Positions 1 through 10,992 are shown, counted from the stretch's first letter. The stretch is 64,000 nt of DNA from Candidatus Kapaibacterium sp. (GCA_963664875.1 OY761611.1:1664001-1728000); one strand, 5' to 3'. Notes: generated by a model from the sequence alone, not told the origin. Numbers and translations are program-made.

Positions 1-3000
1 TCCGGCGGCAATCCTCCTGAAAAATACGGTAAAGTTCCCGGTCCGGAAGATAACGTAATTTTCGATGACAACTCCTTCGGTGCAGGCGAAGACACGCTAT
101 ACGTTACATTCTCATCCGCTATAGTCTGCCGCGACTTAGACTTCTCAAAATGCACAAAACCCATTGTCTTTGGAGACAACCAAGCTGTAGATATTAGGAT
201 CTATGGATCTATGACTTTGAATAGGAAACTCGACTTAAATCTAAACCAGAGCAATACAAAAATCACTTTTTCAGCGACCTCAGGCGAGCACACTATTGCT
301 ACGGCAGGTAATAAACTCACCTCTGTATTTTTTGATGGCGAAGGAGGTAAATGGACTTTGCAGGATAGTTTAATTACTACTGGTAGTAATAGCAAAATTT
401 TAGCAGGCCATCTTAATACTAATAGTCAGTATTTAATTTTCAATGGTTTGCAGGTAGAAGGCGATAAAATAACCACATTAGAGCTTGGAAATTCAACAAT
501 TGATATTCCGAGTCAAAGCCTTAGAATAATTAACAATAATTTGACAATTATCCCTGGAACTTCTACTTTTAGGTTGCTAAGTATAGGGGCACAAACTTGT
601 ACAATTAGCACAAATCAAAGTCTATACAATTTATATATAGAAAATTTTAAATCTGTAAAACATCTTGATGGAAATGCTAAATATAATAAAGTTAGTATAA
701 ATGGGAATCTTAACATCAGAGGCAGTAATTCAATAGACTCTCTATTATTTACGCAAGGATACACATATCTATTTCAAAAAGAAACTACTCAAACCATAAA
801 TAAATATTTTGAAGCTGAAGGGAACTGCAAAAGTTATATTGCAATTTCTTCTTTAGAGGGCACAGATATTTTCAATTTCCAATTTAATGAGGCTACAGCA
901 AATATTCAATACGCTATTATACAAGATTGTAGATGTACCTCTAACAACACTTTAGTTGCTCATAATTCAGTCGATTTAGGAGATAATTCCGGAATAAATA
1001 TTGAAACAGCTAATCCAAGAACTTTATTTTGGACAGGTAAGAATAGCATATACTGGGATGATGCAGACAACTGGTCCGAAACAAGTGGTGGTAATGCAGC
1101 TTGCGTTCCCACTCCTTACGACAACGTTGTCTTTGATAAAAACTCCTTCATCAAGAATGATACAGTTTGTTTTAGAACCACCACTACATTTTGCAGAGAT
1201 TTCGATTGGGCATCCATAATTGACCACCCTGTTTTAATATCGGAGAATAATGCACCTATTAATATTTTTGGTTCTATGAAATTACATCCAAACCTGAATT
1301 TTCAAGTTTCATCCAATACTAAGATTTGCTTTAGAGCACTTGATGCGGCACACACGATAACTACTGCTGGCAATAAATTAACAACTGTTATTTTTGATGG
1401 CGAAGGAGGTAAATGGATTTTGCAGGATAGCTTAATTACTACTGGTAGTAATAGCAAAATTTTAGCAGGCCATCTTAATACTAATAGTCAGTATTTAATT
1501 TTCAACGGTTTGCTGGTAGAAGGCGATAAAATAACCACATTAGAGCTTGGAAATTCAACAATTGATATTCCGAGTCAAAGCCTTAGAATAATTAACAATA
1601 ATTTGATAATTATCCCTGGAACTTCTACTTTTAGGTTGCTAAGTATAGAGGCACAAACTTGTACAATTAGCACAAATCAAAGTCTATACAATTTATATAT
1701 AGAAAATTTTAAATCTGTAAAACATCTTGATGGAAATGCTAAATATAATAAAGTTAGTATAAATGGGAATCTTAACATCAGAGGCAGTAATTCAATAGAC
1801 TCTCTATTATTTACGCAAGGATACACATATCTATTTCAAAAAGAAACTACTCAAACCATAAATAAATATTTTGAAGCTGAAGGGAACTGCAAAAGTTATA
1901 TTGCAATTTCTTCTTTAGAGGGCACAGATATTTTCAATTTCCAATTTAATGAGGCTACAGCAAATATTCAATACGCTATTATACAAGATTGTAGATGTAC
2001 CTCTAACAACACTTTAGTTGCTCATAATTCAGTCGATTTAGGAGATAATTCCGGAATAAATATTGAAACAGCTAATCCAAGAACTTTATTTTGGACAGGT
2101 AAGAATAGCATATACTGGGATGATGCAGACAACTGGTCCGAAACAAGTGGTGGTAATGCAGCTTGCGTTCCCACTCCTTACGACAACGTTGTCTTTGATA
2201 AAAACTCCTTCATCAAGAATGATACAGTTTGTTTTAGAACCACCACTACATTTTGCAGAGATTTCGATTGGGCATCCATAATTGACCACCCTGTTTTAAT
2301 ATCGGAGAATAATGCACCTATTAATATTTTTGGTTCTATGAAATTACATCCAAACCTGAATTTTCAAGTTTCATCCAATACTAAGATTTGCTTTAGAGCA
2401 CTTGATGCGGCACACACGATAACTACTGCTGGCAATAAATTAACAACTGTTATTTTTGATGGCGAAGGAGGTAAATGGATTTTGCAGGATAGCTTAATTA
2501 CTACTGGTAGTAATAGCAAAATTTTAGCAGGCCATCTTAATACTAATAGTCAGTATTTAATTTTCAACGGTTTGCTGGTAGAAGGCGATAAAATAACCAC
2601 ATTAGAGCTTGGAAATTCAACAATTGATATTCCGAGTCAAAGCCTTAGAATAATTAACAATAATTTGATAATTATCCCTGGAACTTCTACTTTTAGGTTG
2701 CTAAGTATAGAGGCACAAACTTGTACAATTAGCACAAATCAAAGTCTATACAATTTATATATAGAAAATTTTAAATCTGTAAAACATCTTGATGGCAACG
2801 CTACCTTTAATAAAATTACTTTAGATGGAGATATTACGGTTAGAGGCTCCAACGCCACCGACTCCCTTATCCTCGCACCGGGTTATACTTACTTATTTAA
2901 AGAGGGGACTACTCAGACGGTGAATGAGCACTTGGGAATTTATGGGAATAATTGCTATCCGATTGTAATGCAGTCCATTTCTGAAGGAAAACAAGCGACA

Positions 3001-4377
3001 ATTCATGTGGAAGAAGGCGAGGTCTCAGGTGATTTCCTTGAGTTGAGAGATATTGCTGCTGAAGGTAACGCTGATTTTTATGCAGGCAACAACAGTACTG
3101 ACTTATCTGGTAACACAGGCTGGTATTTCACGAACTCACCTAAGTATGTTTATGGTTTTGGCGAAGATAGAGTTTTCTGTCTTGGCGACACATTGTTTAC
3201 GCAATACTTCCATAATCCGGAGAGATATCAATGGGATGATGGTAGTGACAAATCTTACAGAATTATTGACGGCCCGGGCGACTACTGGGTAGTTGGCTAC
3301 TATGGCGAAAAATGTTTCTGGTCGGACACTATAAACGTTAATATTATCAATCTCTATGCTGACAATGTGGACAATATGACCTTGATTGAAAATGCCTACC
3401 ACGCTGATACTACTGTTATTCTAACACCTGACGAGAAGTGGCAGTTCGGTGGTATGTGGTACCAGACACAAGTGGCTATTGCCAAAGGTTTCGAGACCGA
3501 GTTTTCTTTTGTTATGCACGACGGCGTTAATGAATTTGAGTTAGAAGATCAGCCCGGAGCTGACGGTTTTGCCTTTATTATTCAAAATTATACTAATAAC
3601 GAATTAGGCAAACGTGGTGGTGGATTAGGTTTTGAAGGTATGCCTAACTGCTTCGCCGTTGAGTTTGATTCATATTACAACGCCGAGGATTATATCAATG
3701 ATCCTTCGGAAAATCACCTTGCAGTATTTTGCAACGGAACAGAGCCAAACCTTGTTAATCACAACTCTGACGCCTGTCTCGGCACAGTGGATTTGAAGCA
3801 TTCATTCCCTATTCGCTCCGACGGCACAGTTTACTTCTGCAAAATTGAGTATGATTATAATTTGATGCAGATGTATATCTGGTTAGACACAACTCAGAAA
3901 TATACTCAGCCGATGATGACTTTAAATGATATTGATTTATCAGAGATGATGGAACTAAAGCAAGATGAGTTTGCTTGGGTGGGCTTTGCATCCGCAACCG
4001 GTAATGTATATGAGAAACATGAAATATTATCCTGGTATATGTGCCCTACAAATACGATGTCTGTCCTAACCGGCATTTCAGAGGGCTATGGTGAACCTGA
4101 AAATTACGACGTGTTTGCATCTGAAGATATAATCACTATTTCTCCAAATCCTATGAGCGGGAGCAGCAAAGTTGATTTAGATATACCTGCTGCTGGTACT
4201 TACTACATCGAAGTTAGTGATATATTTGGGAAAATTGTATTTAGCAAAGAACAGGATCTACCTGTTAGAATTAGTACTGTTATGCTAAATATTAGCGAGC
4301 ACTCTGCTGGTACTTACTTCTTCAAAATCAGCAATAAAAAGCACTCGCAAGTCAAGAAATTTGTATTAGTAAAATAG
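1..4377 (+). CDS. Large secreted repeat protein (5'-truncated): 354-aa tandem domains, L-type (legume-like) lectin domain, T9SS type A C-terminal sorting domain
   Basis: Frame is open from base 1 (SGGNPPEKY...IYGSM), so the true start lies upstream. Repeat motif TLFWTG..WDDADNWSETSGG..CVPTPYDNVVFD. Lectin motifs GADGFAFIIQN, FAVEFDSY, WVGFASATG, HEILSW. C-terminus ISPNP...GTYFFKI...KKFVLVK. Confidence 0.85.
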   Translation, partial: SGGNPPEKYGKVPGPEDNVIFDDNSFGAGEDTLYVTFSSAIVCRDLDFSKCTKPIVFGDNQAVDIRIYGSMTLNRKLDLNLNQSNTKITFSATSGEHTIATAGNKLTSVFFDGEGGKWTLQDSLITTGSNSKILAGHLNTNSQYLIFNGLQVEGDKITTLELGNSTIDIPSQSLRIINNNLTIIPGTSTFRLLSIGAQTCTISTNQSLYNLYIENFKSVKHLDGNAKYNKVSINGNLNIRGSNSIDSLLFTQGYTYLFQKETTQTINKYFEAEGNCKSYIAISSLEGTDIFNFQFNEATANIQYAIIQDCRCTSNNTLVAHNSVDLGDNSGINIETANPRTLFWTGKNSIYWDDADNWSETSGGNAACVPTPYDNVVFDKNSFIKNDTVCFRTTTTFCRDFDWASIIDHPVLISENNAPINIFGSMKLHPNLNFQVSSNTKICFRALDAAHTITTAGNKLTTVIFDGEGGKWILQDSLITTGSNSKILAGHLNTNSQYLIFNGLLVEGDKITTLELGNSTIDIPSQSLRIINNNLIIIPGTSTFRLLSIEAQTCTISTNQSLYNLYIENFKSVKHLDGNAKYNKVSINGNLNIRGSNSIDSLLFTQGYTYLFQKETTQTINKYFEAEGNCKSYIAISSLEGTDIFNFQFNEATANIQYAIIQDCRCTSNNTLVAHNSVDLGDNSGINIETANPRTLFWTGKNSIYWDDADNWSETSGGNAACVPTPYDNVVFDKNSFIKNDTVCFRTTTTFCRDFDWASIIDHPVLISENNAPINIFGSMKLHPNLNFQVSSNTKICFRALDAAHTITTAGNKLTTVIFDGEGGKWILQDSLITTGSNSKILAGHLNTNSQYLIFNGLLVEGDKITTLELGNSTIDIPSQSLRIINNNLIIIPGTSTFRLLSIEAQTCTISTNQSLYNLYIENFKSVKHLDGNATFNKITLDGDITVRGSNATDSLILAPGYTYLFKEGTTQTVNEHLGIYGNNCYPIVMQSISEGKQATIHVEEGEVSGDFLELRDIAAEGNADFYAGNNSTDLSGNTGWYFTNSPKYVYGFGEDRVFCLGDTLFTQYFHNPERYQWDDGSDKSYRIIDGPGDYWVVGYYGEKCFWSDTINVNIINLYADNVDNMTLIENAYHADTTVILTPDEKWQFGGMWYQTQVAIAKGFETEFSFVMHDGVNEFELEDQPGADGFAFIIQNYTNNELGKRGGGLGFEGMPNCFAVEFDSYYNAEDYINDPSENHLAVFCNGTEPNLVNHNSDACLGTVDLKHSFPIRSDGTVYFCKIEYDYNLMQMYIWLDTTQKYTQPMMTLNDIDLSEMMELKQDEFAWVGFASATGNVYEKHEILSWYMCPTNTMSVLTGISEGYGEPENYDVFASEDIITISPNPMSGSSKVDLDIPAAGTYYIEVSDIFGKIVFSKEQDLPVRISTVMLNISEHSAGTYFFKISNKKHSQVKKFVLVK
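329..2795 (+). repeat. In-frame 1062-bp tandem repeat, about 2.3 copies
   Basis: tttttgatggcgaaggagg occurs at 329, 1391 and 2453. 588-1733 reads identical to 1650-2795. About 6 substitutions separate 329-587 from the later copies. Confidence 0.97.
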
Positions 4378-4406
4378 ATAACTTCTTATTACTTACACAC
4401 AAAAAC

Positions 4407-4438
4407 GCACTTTGCTGAATAAGTAAAGTGCTTTTTTT
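4407..4438 (+). terminator. Rho-independent terminator
   Basis: gcactttgct-gaata-agtaaagtgc followed by a T-tract, after the stop at 4377. Confidence 0.8.
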
Positions 4439-4573
4439 ATATATTCCATTTCCCGCATATAATCGCTGTTCTTATTTGGAATGTACATATTTTTGTTATA
4501 ATTTTAATTTTCTTTGTAACTTTTTCCACCTTTAGTTAATCTACATAGAAACACACATCCATGGGGAATAATA

Positions 4574-5305
4574 ATGAAACATCTAATTATCTTATTAATT
4601 TTTGCGGCAACGCTTGTTGCTTGGTCACCTAATACTAATTCATACGCTGTTGAAAAAACTGAAATCACTGAAGAGTTAGCTCAAAAGTTGGGCATAAGTA
4701 TCGGTGATGAGGTGTCATATCTGGAAAAAAAATGGATTAATGGCAAAGAGGAACATGTTAAGGTAATCATAAAAGAGAAAAGAATATATATGACTAACTA
4801 TAGGGAAAATGCCAAGTCTATTCCTCTTCAACCGGTTTTTGTTACTTCCGAATTTGAAAACTTCAAGACAGCTTACTATACATTTATTCCGGAAAATTTA
4901 AGTGAAAAAGACAATCCAATTCTAAAAAATCCTAGAAACTACACTTGCTTTTTCCTCAATCATAATGGTAGTATTATTGAGTTTTGGTATCGGAATATAG
5001 ATTTGGAGTCGTCAAATTTCGACTCTTCAATAGAGATTGAACCCAGACCTCCTATATCTTTTTCTCCAAATCCTGCGAGCGACATGACACAACTATCCCT
5101 CATCTGTAAATCTAACGCGACTGCTAATTTGGAGTTTTACGATTCGAACGGTAACCTTATGAAACAGATAAAAGTGATAAAAACAATACCTCATTTGAAT
5201 ATAATTAACTGTGAGGTTGGCGACTTACAAGTGGGAATGTACACTGTTGCTGTTATTGTTAGTGGTGAACTTTATGCGACAGACAAACTTATCGTAATGC
5301 GATAG
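4574..5305 (+). CDS. Secreted protein with T9SS type A sorting domain
   Basis: Signal peptide; C-terminal FSPNPASD...GMYTVAV...KLIVMR; GGGGAA RBS-like site upstream. Confidence 0.8.
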   Translation: MKHLIILLIFAATLVAWSPNTNSYAVEKTEITEELAQKLGISIGDEVSYLEKKWINGKEEHVKVIIKEKRIYMTNYRENAKSIPLQPVFVTSEFENFKTAYYTFIPENLSEKDNPILKNPRNYTCFFLNHNGSIIEFWYRNIDLESSNFDSSIEIEPRPPISFSPNPASDMTQLSLICKSNATANLEFYDSNGNLMKQIKVIKTIPHLNIINCEVGDLQVGMYTVAVIVSGELYATDKLIVMR

Positions 5306-5329
5306 ACAAAAACCAAAAGGGGAACAAAC

Positions 5330-8300
5330 ATGGAAACGATAAAATTATTGATAGTTATGATGATAGTGGCGATGCCGGCTTTTTCTCAATCCGGTATGCC
5401 GTCGATTACAGTTACAGAAGCGGAAAAGGACTTTACTTTGCCGATTAAACGGGCGAAAGTAGATGTGAAAATCGTGGGTTCGCTTGCGATTACGACTTAT
5501 GATATACATTTTTTCAATCCGAATAATCGCACGCTCGAGGGGCAGCTCGACTTCCCTCTTGCCGATGGTGTAATTGTTTCTCGCTTTGCGATGGATGTGA
5601 ACGAGAAGCTACGTGAGGGCGTGATTGTCAAGAAAGATAAGGGTCGGGTTACTTACGAGAAGATTGTCAATCGCCGGGTCGATCCGGGTTTGCTTGAAGT
5701 TACTCGTGGTAATAATTTTCGTTCGCGCGTCTATCCACTTTTTGCCAATAAGGAAAAGCACATAGTTATCGCTTACGAAGAAGAGCTAAAAGTAACTCCG
5801 GATGGGCTTAAATATTCGCTGCCTTTGGATATGCCAAATGAGCTTGATTCTTTCAGTTTCCGCGCAACCGTTTACTCTGACTTTGCTGAGCCAATCAACA
5901 ACAGCTCTGATAATTCGGACTTCCGTAAGGCGGACGGCGCTTATACTTTGATGTCGGAATATACTGACTATGAGGCGAAGGAAATTTATGAGTTTATCAT
6001 TCCGAACTTTGGCGAGCAGAGCCTTCAGCTGGAAACATATAACAATGAAGACTTTTTCCGTATTTCTATAAATCCGGAAATGATGCTTCGACCGAAAGCT
6101 AAACCGCAGACTATCAGCGTGCTTTGGGATATCTCCGCATCTCGCCTAAACTCAGATATTGAAAAAGATTTAGAGCTTTTAGAGGAATATTTAGACTACA
6201 ACCAATGCAACGTTGAGCTTGTTCCTTTTAGCATTTATGCAGACGCTCCGATGTATTTTGAAAAGCCGGATTTTGACGAAATTGAGGCAAATATCAACGG
6301 TCTAAGAATTGACGGCGCGACAAATTACAGCTCGGTTGATATTAGCAAGTTGCGTGGTGAGGAGATATTCATTTTCTCGGACGGGATTAACAATATGGGT
6401 GAGGGCAGTCTCGACGAAACAGAGAAGCCGATGTATGTAATCAACAGCTCCTCAATTTCCGACCACGATGTATGCCGCAATCTCGCCCGCAAGACCGGTG
6501 GCGAGTATATCAATCTTTTAGCCGAACATACTGACCGTGCCATGGATTTGCTCTGCAACGAGTTCCCTTACTTTATGGGAATTGATGGTGCTGCAAGTGA
6601 AGTATATCCGCAGAAGGCAGTTGTGAAAGGCACGATTAATATCGCAGGAAAAGTCAGCGGAACTACTCAGTTAAAGCTCAAATTTGGCTTCAAAAATCAG
6701 GTAACAAAAACCATCCCGATTAACCTCACAGAGAGCAACCGCACAAACTCCGGCATGCTCCATAAAATCTGGGCAAAACAGAAGTTAGAAATGCTAAATT
6801 TAGACCAAACCTCGAACGAGAAAGAAATCACAGACTTGGCTAAAAAATACTCTCTCGTAACTGCTTTTACTTCGCTCATAGTTTTGGAGACTGCGAGAGA
6901 TTATTACATATATAATATAGAACCACCTGCGGAGTTGAGGGAAGAGTATGATACTTTAGTAAACCGATATACTACTTATTACAAACAAAGTAAACTCTCT
7001 TTCAACCAATCACGATATAATCAGGAAAGAATCAAGCAACAAGTTCAAAGTACAGTAAATGAATTAAAAAGATGGTATGATTTCAATTTTGAAGAAAAAA
7101 AATATCTGGATTCATGCTTGACTTTTTTCAGTAACAATATTGAAAAAATGATTGGAGAATTAGGATCAAAGTCAGATTCTGAGCTGTATTATACAATTAA
7201 TTTAAAGAGATTATTTCCCGAATTCAACTTTGAAAAATATAGATTATTGAATTACTATATACTAAATAATGTAGATGAAAGTTGGTCTAATAGGGATTTT
7301 ATACCCCATAATTCTACTTTAATAAATATAAATAAAGATATTAAAATTCATATAAATGATGAGTATTATAATTATAATTTGAGCAAGGTAACAAATATTA
7401 GATCCGGAATGTTTAAAACTGAACCAGTTATGGAGAGTGAAGTACGAGATATAGAATTTATATTTAATATTGGTTTTGAATATTGCGAAGGCTTAAATGA
7501 AGTGTATGCAACACAAGACTATATAGCTCTTCAAAAATCAGAATTAAAAATTAAAATCAGACCTGAAGATACTGATGATTTTTATTACAAGATTTTTATC
7601 TTTAAAGATCTTTCAAATTATATTTCCACTAAAAATTTGGATGAGGTAGATAATTGGAAACATTATGCAGAGTTAGTAAATCAAGTTGTTCAAAAGAAGC
7701 TTGACGATATGAAATCTACACCAAGTAATAGCTTCTATGATGTAATAGATTTAGATAGTTTATTGCCTGAGTACAAAGAATATAATCACCAACATTTTAA
7801 ATATTTAGATGTTTCAAGAGAGCAGATATTTTGGAATTACAGTAATGATAGTTTATATCGTGCTTCTAAAAGTGATAATGAATTTTATATAGATGATGAT
7901 GTACCATTCCATATAGATAGTAATTCTTATATCCTATATAATGAAGATCACTATTCATCCGGATGTTTATCAGATTACTTTTATAATATAGAGCCGATCC
8001 GTGTACATAAAAGCTATATAAAGTCAGACTACTTATATTTAATTACTTCTTGGGATTATTATAAGAACATAGATGACTTGAGAGAGGAATTTCACGGTCA
8101 AGTGAAGAATGTTAATAACAGGGTTGCTATTCCTATTTTTGATGAAACTAAGAAGCTCGATTTCTCTAAGCTACATATCTTTAAAAATATAGCTATTGCA
8201 AAAGATAAGAACAATTATCTCTCAAATATTAAAAAACAATATCATTATGAGAGAAAAGAAACAGCAAAGCGTAATTTGTTTTTCTATGCCGGCTGTCATT

Positions 8301-10138
8301 TCTTGAATGAAAGAAAATCTGGAAAAATGAATATTTATCCAATAAATAAGATTGATTCTGCTGCTAATATTTTATTGAATAAAAAAATTAGAATCTTTTG
8401 GCAAAACCCTAGTAATAGACGCAACAATATCATGGATGTGGATAGAATTACACTTTTCGGCAATTCTAAATCTAAAAGTTTTAGTTATAATGAAATACTA
8501 GATACCAATAGTTATATCTCTAAATTTATAGGTTATGCCTCTTTTAGTGATCAATTCCTATCTTTAAATAAGATGACATCCTTAGATTCTATCAAGATAG
8601 ACTTTAAGTATAAGGTACCAGGTAATCAATTTGAATTTGATGGAAGCAATGTATCCAATTTTGATAAAAAATATTTTGGGAAGTCCGATTCTTATACGAT
8701 TCCTATTTATAATTTAAAATCAGCATATGATAGTGTTTATGTTTTGAATAACCCAATTTTATTTGAAAAACAAGTAGAAACTACATTATCAGATTTCAGT
8801 AAAAGTGAACTGAGAGGGTTTGTTGTTGATGAAGAATACAAACCACTTGCTGGTGCAACTGTTAGAATAATGGGAACAAAGAAAGGAGCAAAAGTAAGGC
8901 CGGATGGATCCTTTATTGTTAGAAATATAATACCAAAAACATATGATATTAGAGTAACTCATATAACAAAAGCAGAACAACTAAAGAAAAATGTTAAGCT
9001 TGACTCGAATAAAATACATCAATTATTTGTATTGATGGAACCTAGAAGTTCAGAAATTAGTAAAGTCTGTGTAATGGCAAATAGAGCAATTTCCGATTTC
9101 AGCATAAGAGCTGCAAGAGGAAATGACACCCAAATCCTTGTCGAAGGAATGGATTATAGCAATCGATTTAATGGTGGAATGGGAATAGGTGGAAGTAAGT
9201 ATTTTCCGGATTCCGAAGAACCATCTGCAAATGCATTTGTTACTTCTGCAGAGTACCAATCCTCAAAAGAATACTATAAAACTCTAAGTTCAGTTGCACT
9301 GGGCGAACTTGAAGATACTTATTTCGAGCTTCGAGAAGATAATCAGATGAATCCTTCATTCTTCTTCGATGCGGCAAAAGTATTTGAGAAGAACGGGAAA
9401 ATCAAAGAGGCGTGCCGAGTCATTTCTAATCTGGCAGAAATCAATCTCGAGGACCATGAGAATTTGAGACGCGTTGCCGGCTTTATGATGGAACATAAGG
9501 AATATACATTTGCGAAAAGCATTTATCAGCATATCCTTAAAATTAGAAATGAGGAGCCACAAAGCTTCCGCGACTATGCTCTCTGCCTCTCTAAGTTGGG
9601 AGAATATCAGGCAGCAGCCGATTCGCTTTATAACTTATTTACAAGTGATATAGCATGGGAATTTTCGGGGATAAGAAGCACTCTAATTACTGAATTTAAC
9701 ACACTTTTGGACGAGCACAAAGACGAAATAGACATTTCCAAGTACGAACCGGAATACATCTTCAAAACACCGGTTGACATGAGAATAGAAATTACTTGGG
9801 CAATGGATGAGACAGACGTCGATTTATGGGTGATTGAACCGGATAGCACAAAATGCTATTACAGCCACAGATATACCAAAAACGGCGGTTTTATATCTGA
9901 AGATATGCGACGAGGCTACGGCCCTGAAGTATATATGATCAAAAAAGCTACGCCCGGCAAATACAAAATCCGAGCAAATTATTACTCAAACCGAAGACAG
10001 AAATCAAGTATTGATCCGCAAGTCCGCTGTAAAATATATACAAACTACGGCAGACCTAATCAGCAAATGCAGGAAAATATTGTGAAAATCGAAGTTGATA
10101 GAGGTGAGATAGACTTGGGCGAAGTGGTGATTGAGTAA
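5330..10138 (+). CDS. VIT + vWA-like + carboxypeptidase-regulatory-like + TPR + DUF2135 (YfaP-like) protein
   Basis: Signal peptide; VIT motifs (FFNPNNRTLEGQLDFPL, VDPGLLE, FRSRVYPL); vWA-like WDISAS...GAT...FSDG; LRGFVVDEEYKPLAGATVRI; C-terminal TDVDLWVIEPD...GYGPEVY. Confidence 0.85.
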   Translation: METIKLLIVMMIVAMPAFSQSGMPSITVTEAEKDFTLPIKRAKVDVKIVGSLAITTYDIHFFNPNNRTLEGQLDFPLADGVIVSRFAMDVNEKLREGVIVKKDKGRVTYEKIVNRRVDPGLLEVTRGNNFRSRVYPLFANKEKHIVIAYEEELKVTPDGLKYSLPLDMPNELDSFSFRATVYSDFAEPINNSSDNSDFRKADGAYTLMSEYTDYEAKEIYEFIIPNFGEQSLQLETYNNEDFFRISINPEMMLRPKAKPQTISVLWDISASRLNSDIEKDLELLEEYLDYNQCNVELVPFSIYADAPMYFEKPDFDEIEANINGLRIDGATNYSSVDISKLRGEEIFIFSDGINNMGEGSLDETEKPMYVINSSSISDHDVCRNLARKTGGEYINLLAEHTDRAMDLLCNEFPYFMGIDGAASEVYPQKAVVKGTINIAGKVSGTTQLKLKFGFKNQVTKTIPINLTESNRTNSGMLHKIWAKQKLEMLNLDQTSNEKEITDLAKKYSLVTAFTSLIVLETARDYYIYNIEPPAELREEYDTLVNRYTTYYKQSKLSFNQSRYNQERIKQQVQSTVNELKRWYDFNFEEKKYLDSCLTFFSNNIEKMIGELGSKSDSELYYTINLKRLFPEFNFEKYRLLNYYILNNVDESWSNRDFIPHNSTLININKDIKIHINDEYYNYNLSKVTNIRSGMFKTEPVMESEVRDIEFIFNIGFEYCEGLNEVYATQDYIALQKSELKIKIRPEDTDDFYYKIFIFKDLSNYISTKNLDEVDNWKHYAELVNQVVQKKLDDMKSTPSNSFYDVIDLDSLLPEYKEYNHQHFKYLDVSREQIFWNYSNDSLYRASKSDNEFYIDDDVPFHIDSNSYILYNEDHYSSGCLSDYFYNIEPIRVHKSYIKSDYLYLITSWDYYKNIDDLREEFHGQVKNVNNRVAIPIFDETKKLDFSKLHIFKNIAIAKDKNNYLSNIKKQYHYERKETAKRNLFFYAGCHFLNERKSGKMNIYPINKIDSAANILLNKKIRIFWQNPSNRRNNIMDVDRITLFGNSKSKSFSYNEILDTNSYISKFIGYASFSDQFLSLNKMTSLDSIKIDFKYKVPGNQFEFDGSNVSNFDKKYFGKSDSYTIPIYNLKSAYDSVYVLNNPILFEKQVETTLSDFSKSELRGFVVDEEYKPLAGATVRIMGTKKGAKVRPDGSFIVRNIIPKTYDIRVTHITKAEQLKKNVKLDSNKIHQLFVLMEPRSSEISKVCVMANRAISDFSIRAARGNDTQILVEGMDYSNRFNGGMGIGGSKYFPDSEEPSANAFVTSAEYQSSKEYYKTLSSVALGELEDTYFELREDNQMNPSFFFDAAKVFEKNGKIKEACRVISNLAEINLEDHENLRRVAGFMMEHKEYTFAKSIYQHILKIRNEEPQSFRDYALCLSKLGEYQAAADSLYNLFTSDIAWEFSGIRSTLITEFNTLLDEHKDEIDISKYEPEYIFKTPVDMRIEITWAMDETDVDLWVIEPDSTKCYYSHRYTKNGGFISEDMRRGYGPEVYMIKKATPGKYKIRANYYSNRRQKSSIDPQVRCKIYTNYGRPNQQMQENIVKIEVDRGEIDLGEVVIE

Positions 10139-10155
10139 GCAAAGAAAACATCTCT

Positions 10156-10198
10156 TATCAAAAACGTTCTATATACAGAACGTTTTTGATATTTTTTT
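10156..10198. terminator. Bidirectional terminator
   Basis: 15-bp perfect inverted repeat tatcaaaaacgttct/agaacgtttttgata between convergent genes. Confidence 0.85.
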
Positions 10199-10218
10199 GC
10201 ACTATATATAAAACGATT

Positions 10219-10992
10219 TTACAACGAAAAGCCTATTTGAAAATATGGAAATGGATATACTTCTCGTTCATGGTCAAATTTGAAAGCTCCAATTTCGAAA
10301 AAAAAATAGTGCCAGCGAATATTCGACGATAAAATATAATATTGGTTACTTTCCATAGCAACCCATATAGTTCCAATTCCAGGTCCCAGAGCCCATTTGA
10401 AGTTCTGTTTATAAATCATGTAATAGTTCAAATGCAACTGTGCTGAGAAAAATCCTAAACTTCCCCTCAACTGAAACTTATAAAAATCAACCCCTGCAAA
10501 TAAATTTGTTAGGCATGGCCATCCGAGAGAAGCTCCTCCGAATATGTATTCGGGTTTATTAAATGAAGGCTTACCAAACGGAAAAAGGAAGCTTGAATTA
10601 TGACGTTTAGCAAATTTTTTTGATGGTAAAGTTATTATAGGACTTAACAAATCAGGTAAAATTTCTCTTGAAATAATATCAGACTTTTTGAGTGTAATAG
10701 GCTCTTCTCCTTCCTCTTTTAGTTGGAGAGTAGTATCATTCTCTTCAACAACTATTCCTGTAAACTCATCCCCATTTTGCATCTCGATTTCTAGATATAG
10801 ATCTATTCTTTCTGATATTTCTGACTTATGGAGCTTAAAAGTACCATCCACAGTACTAAGCGCACAGGTAGAATCAGTTTCTTCAACAACAATTCCTTCT
10901 AAAGTAGTTCCGTTTTTCATTTTGAAAAGTTGTTCTGAATTAAGCGAGACAGAAATAAATAGAAGCAAAAGAAAAACAAATAAAGATTTCAT
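10219..10992 (-). CDS. Hypothetical exported protein: two small beta-domain repeats plus a probable beta-barrel C-terminus
   Basis: Start MKSLF gives a signal peptide. Repeats MKNGTTLEGIVVEETDST and MQNGDEFTGIVVEENDTT. Ends FQIGFSL. Confidence 0.7.
   Translation of the reverse strand: MKSLFVFLLLLFISVSLNSEQLFKMKNGTTLEGIVVEETDSTCALSTVDGTFKLHKSEISERIDLYLEIEMQNGDEFTGIVVEENDTTLQLKEEGEEPITLKKSDIISREILPDLLSPIITLPSKKFAKRHNSSFLFPFGKPSFNKPEYIFGGASLGWPCLTNLFAGVDFYKFQLRGSLGFFSAQLHLNYYMIYKQNFKWALGPGIGTIWVAMESNQYYILSSNIRWHYFFFEIGAFKFDHEREVYPFPYFQIGFSL

Noticed and set aside
329-2795. Diversity-generating retroelement TR/VR pair
   Set aside because: Mismatches between copies are not adenine-specific, the repeats are too long and in tandem, and no reverse transcriptase is present in the window.
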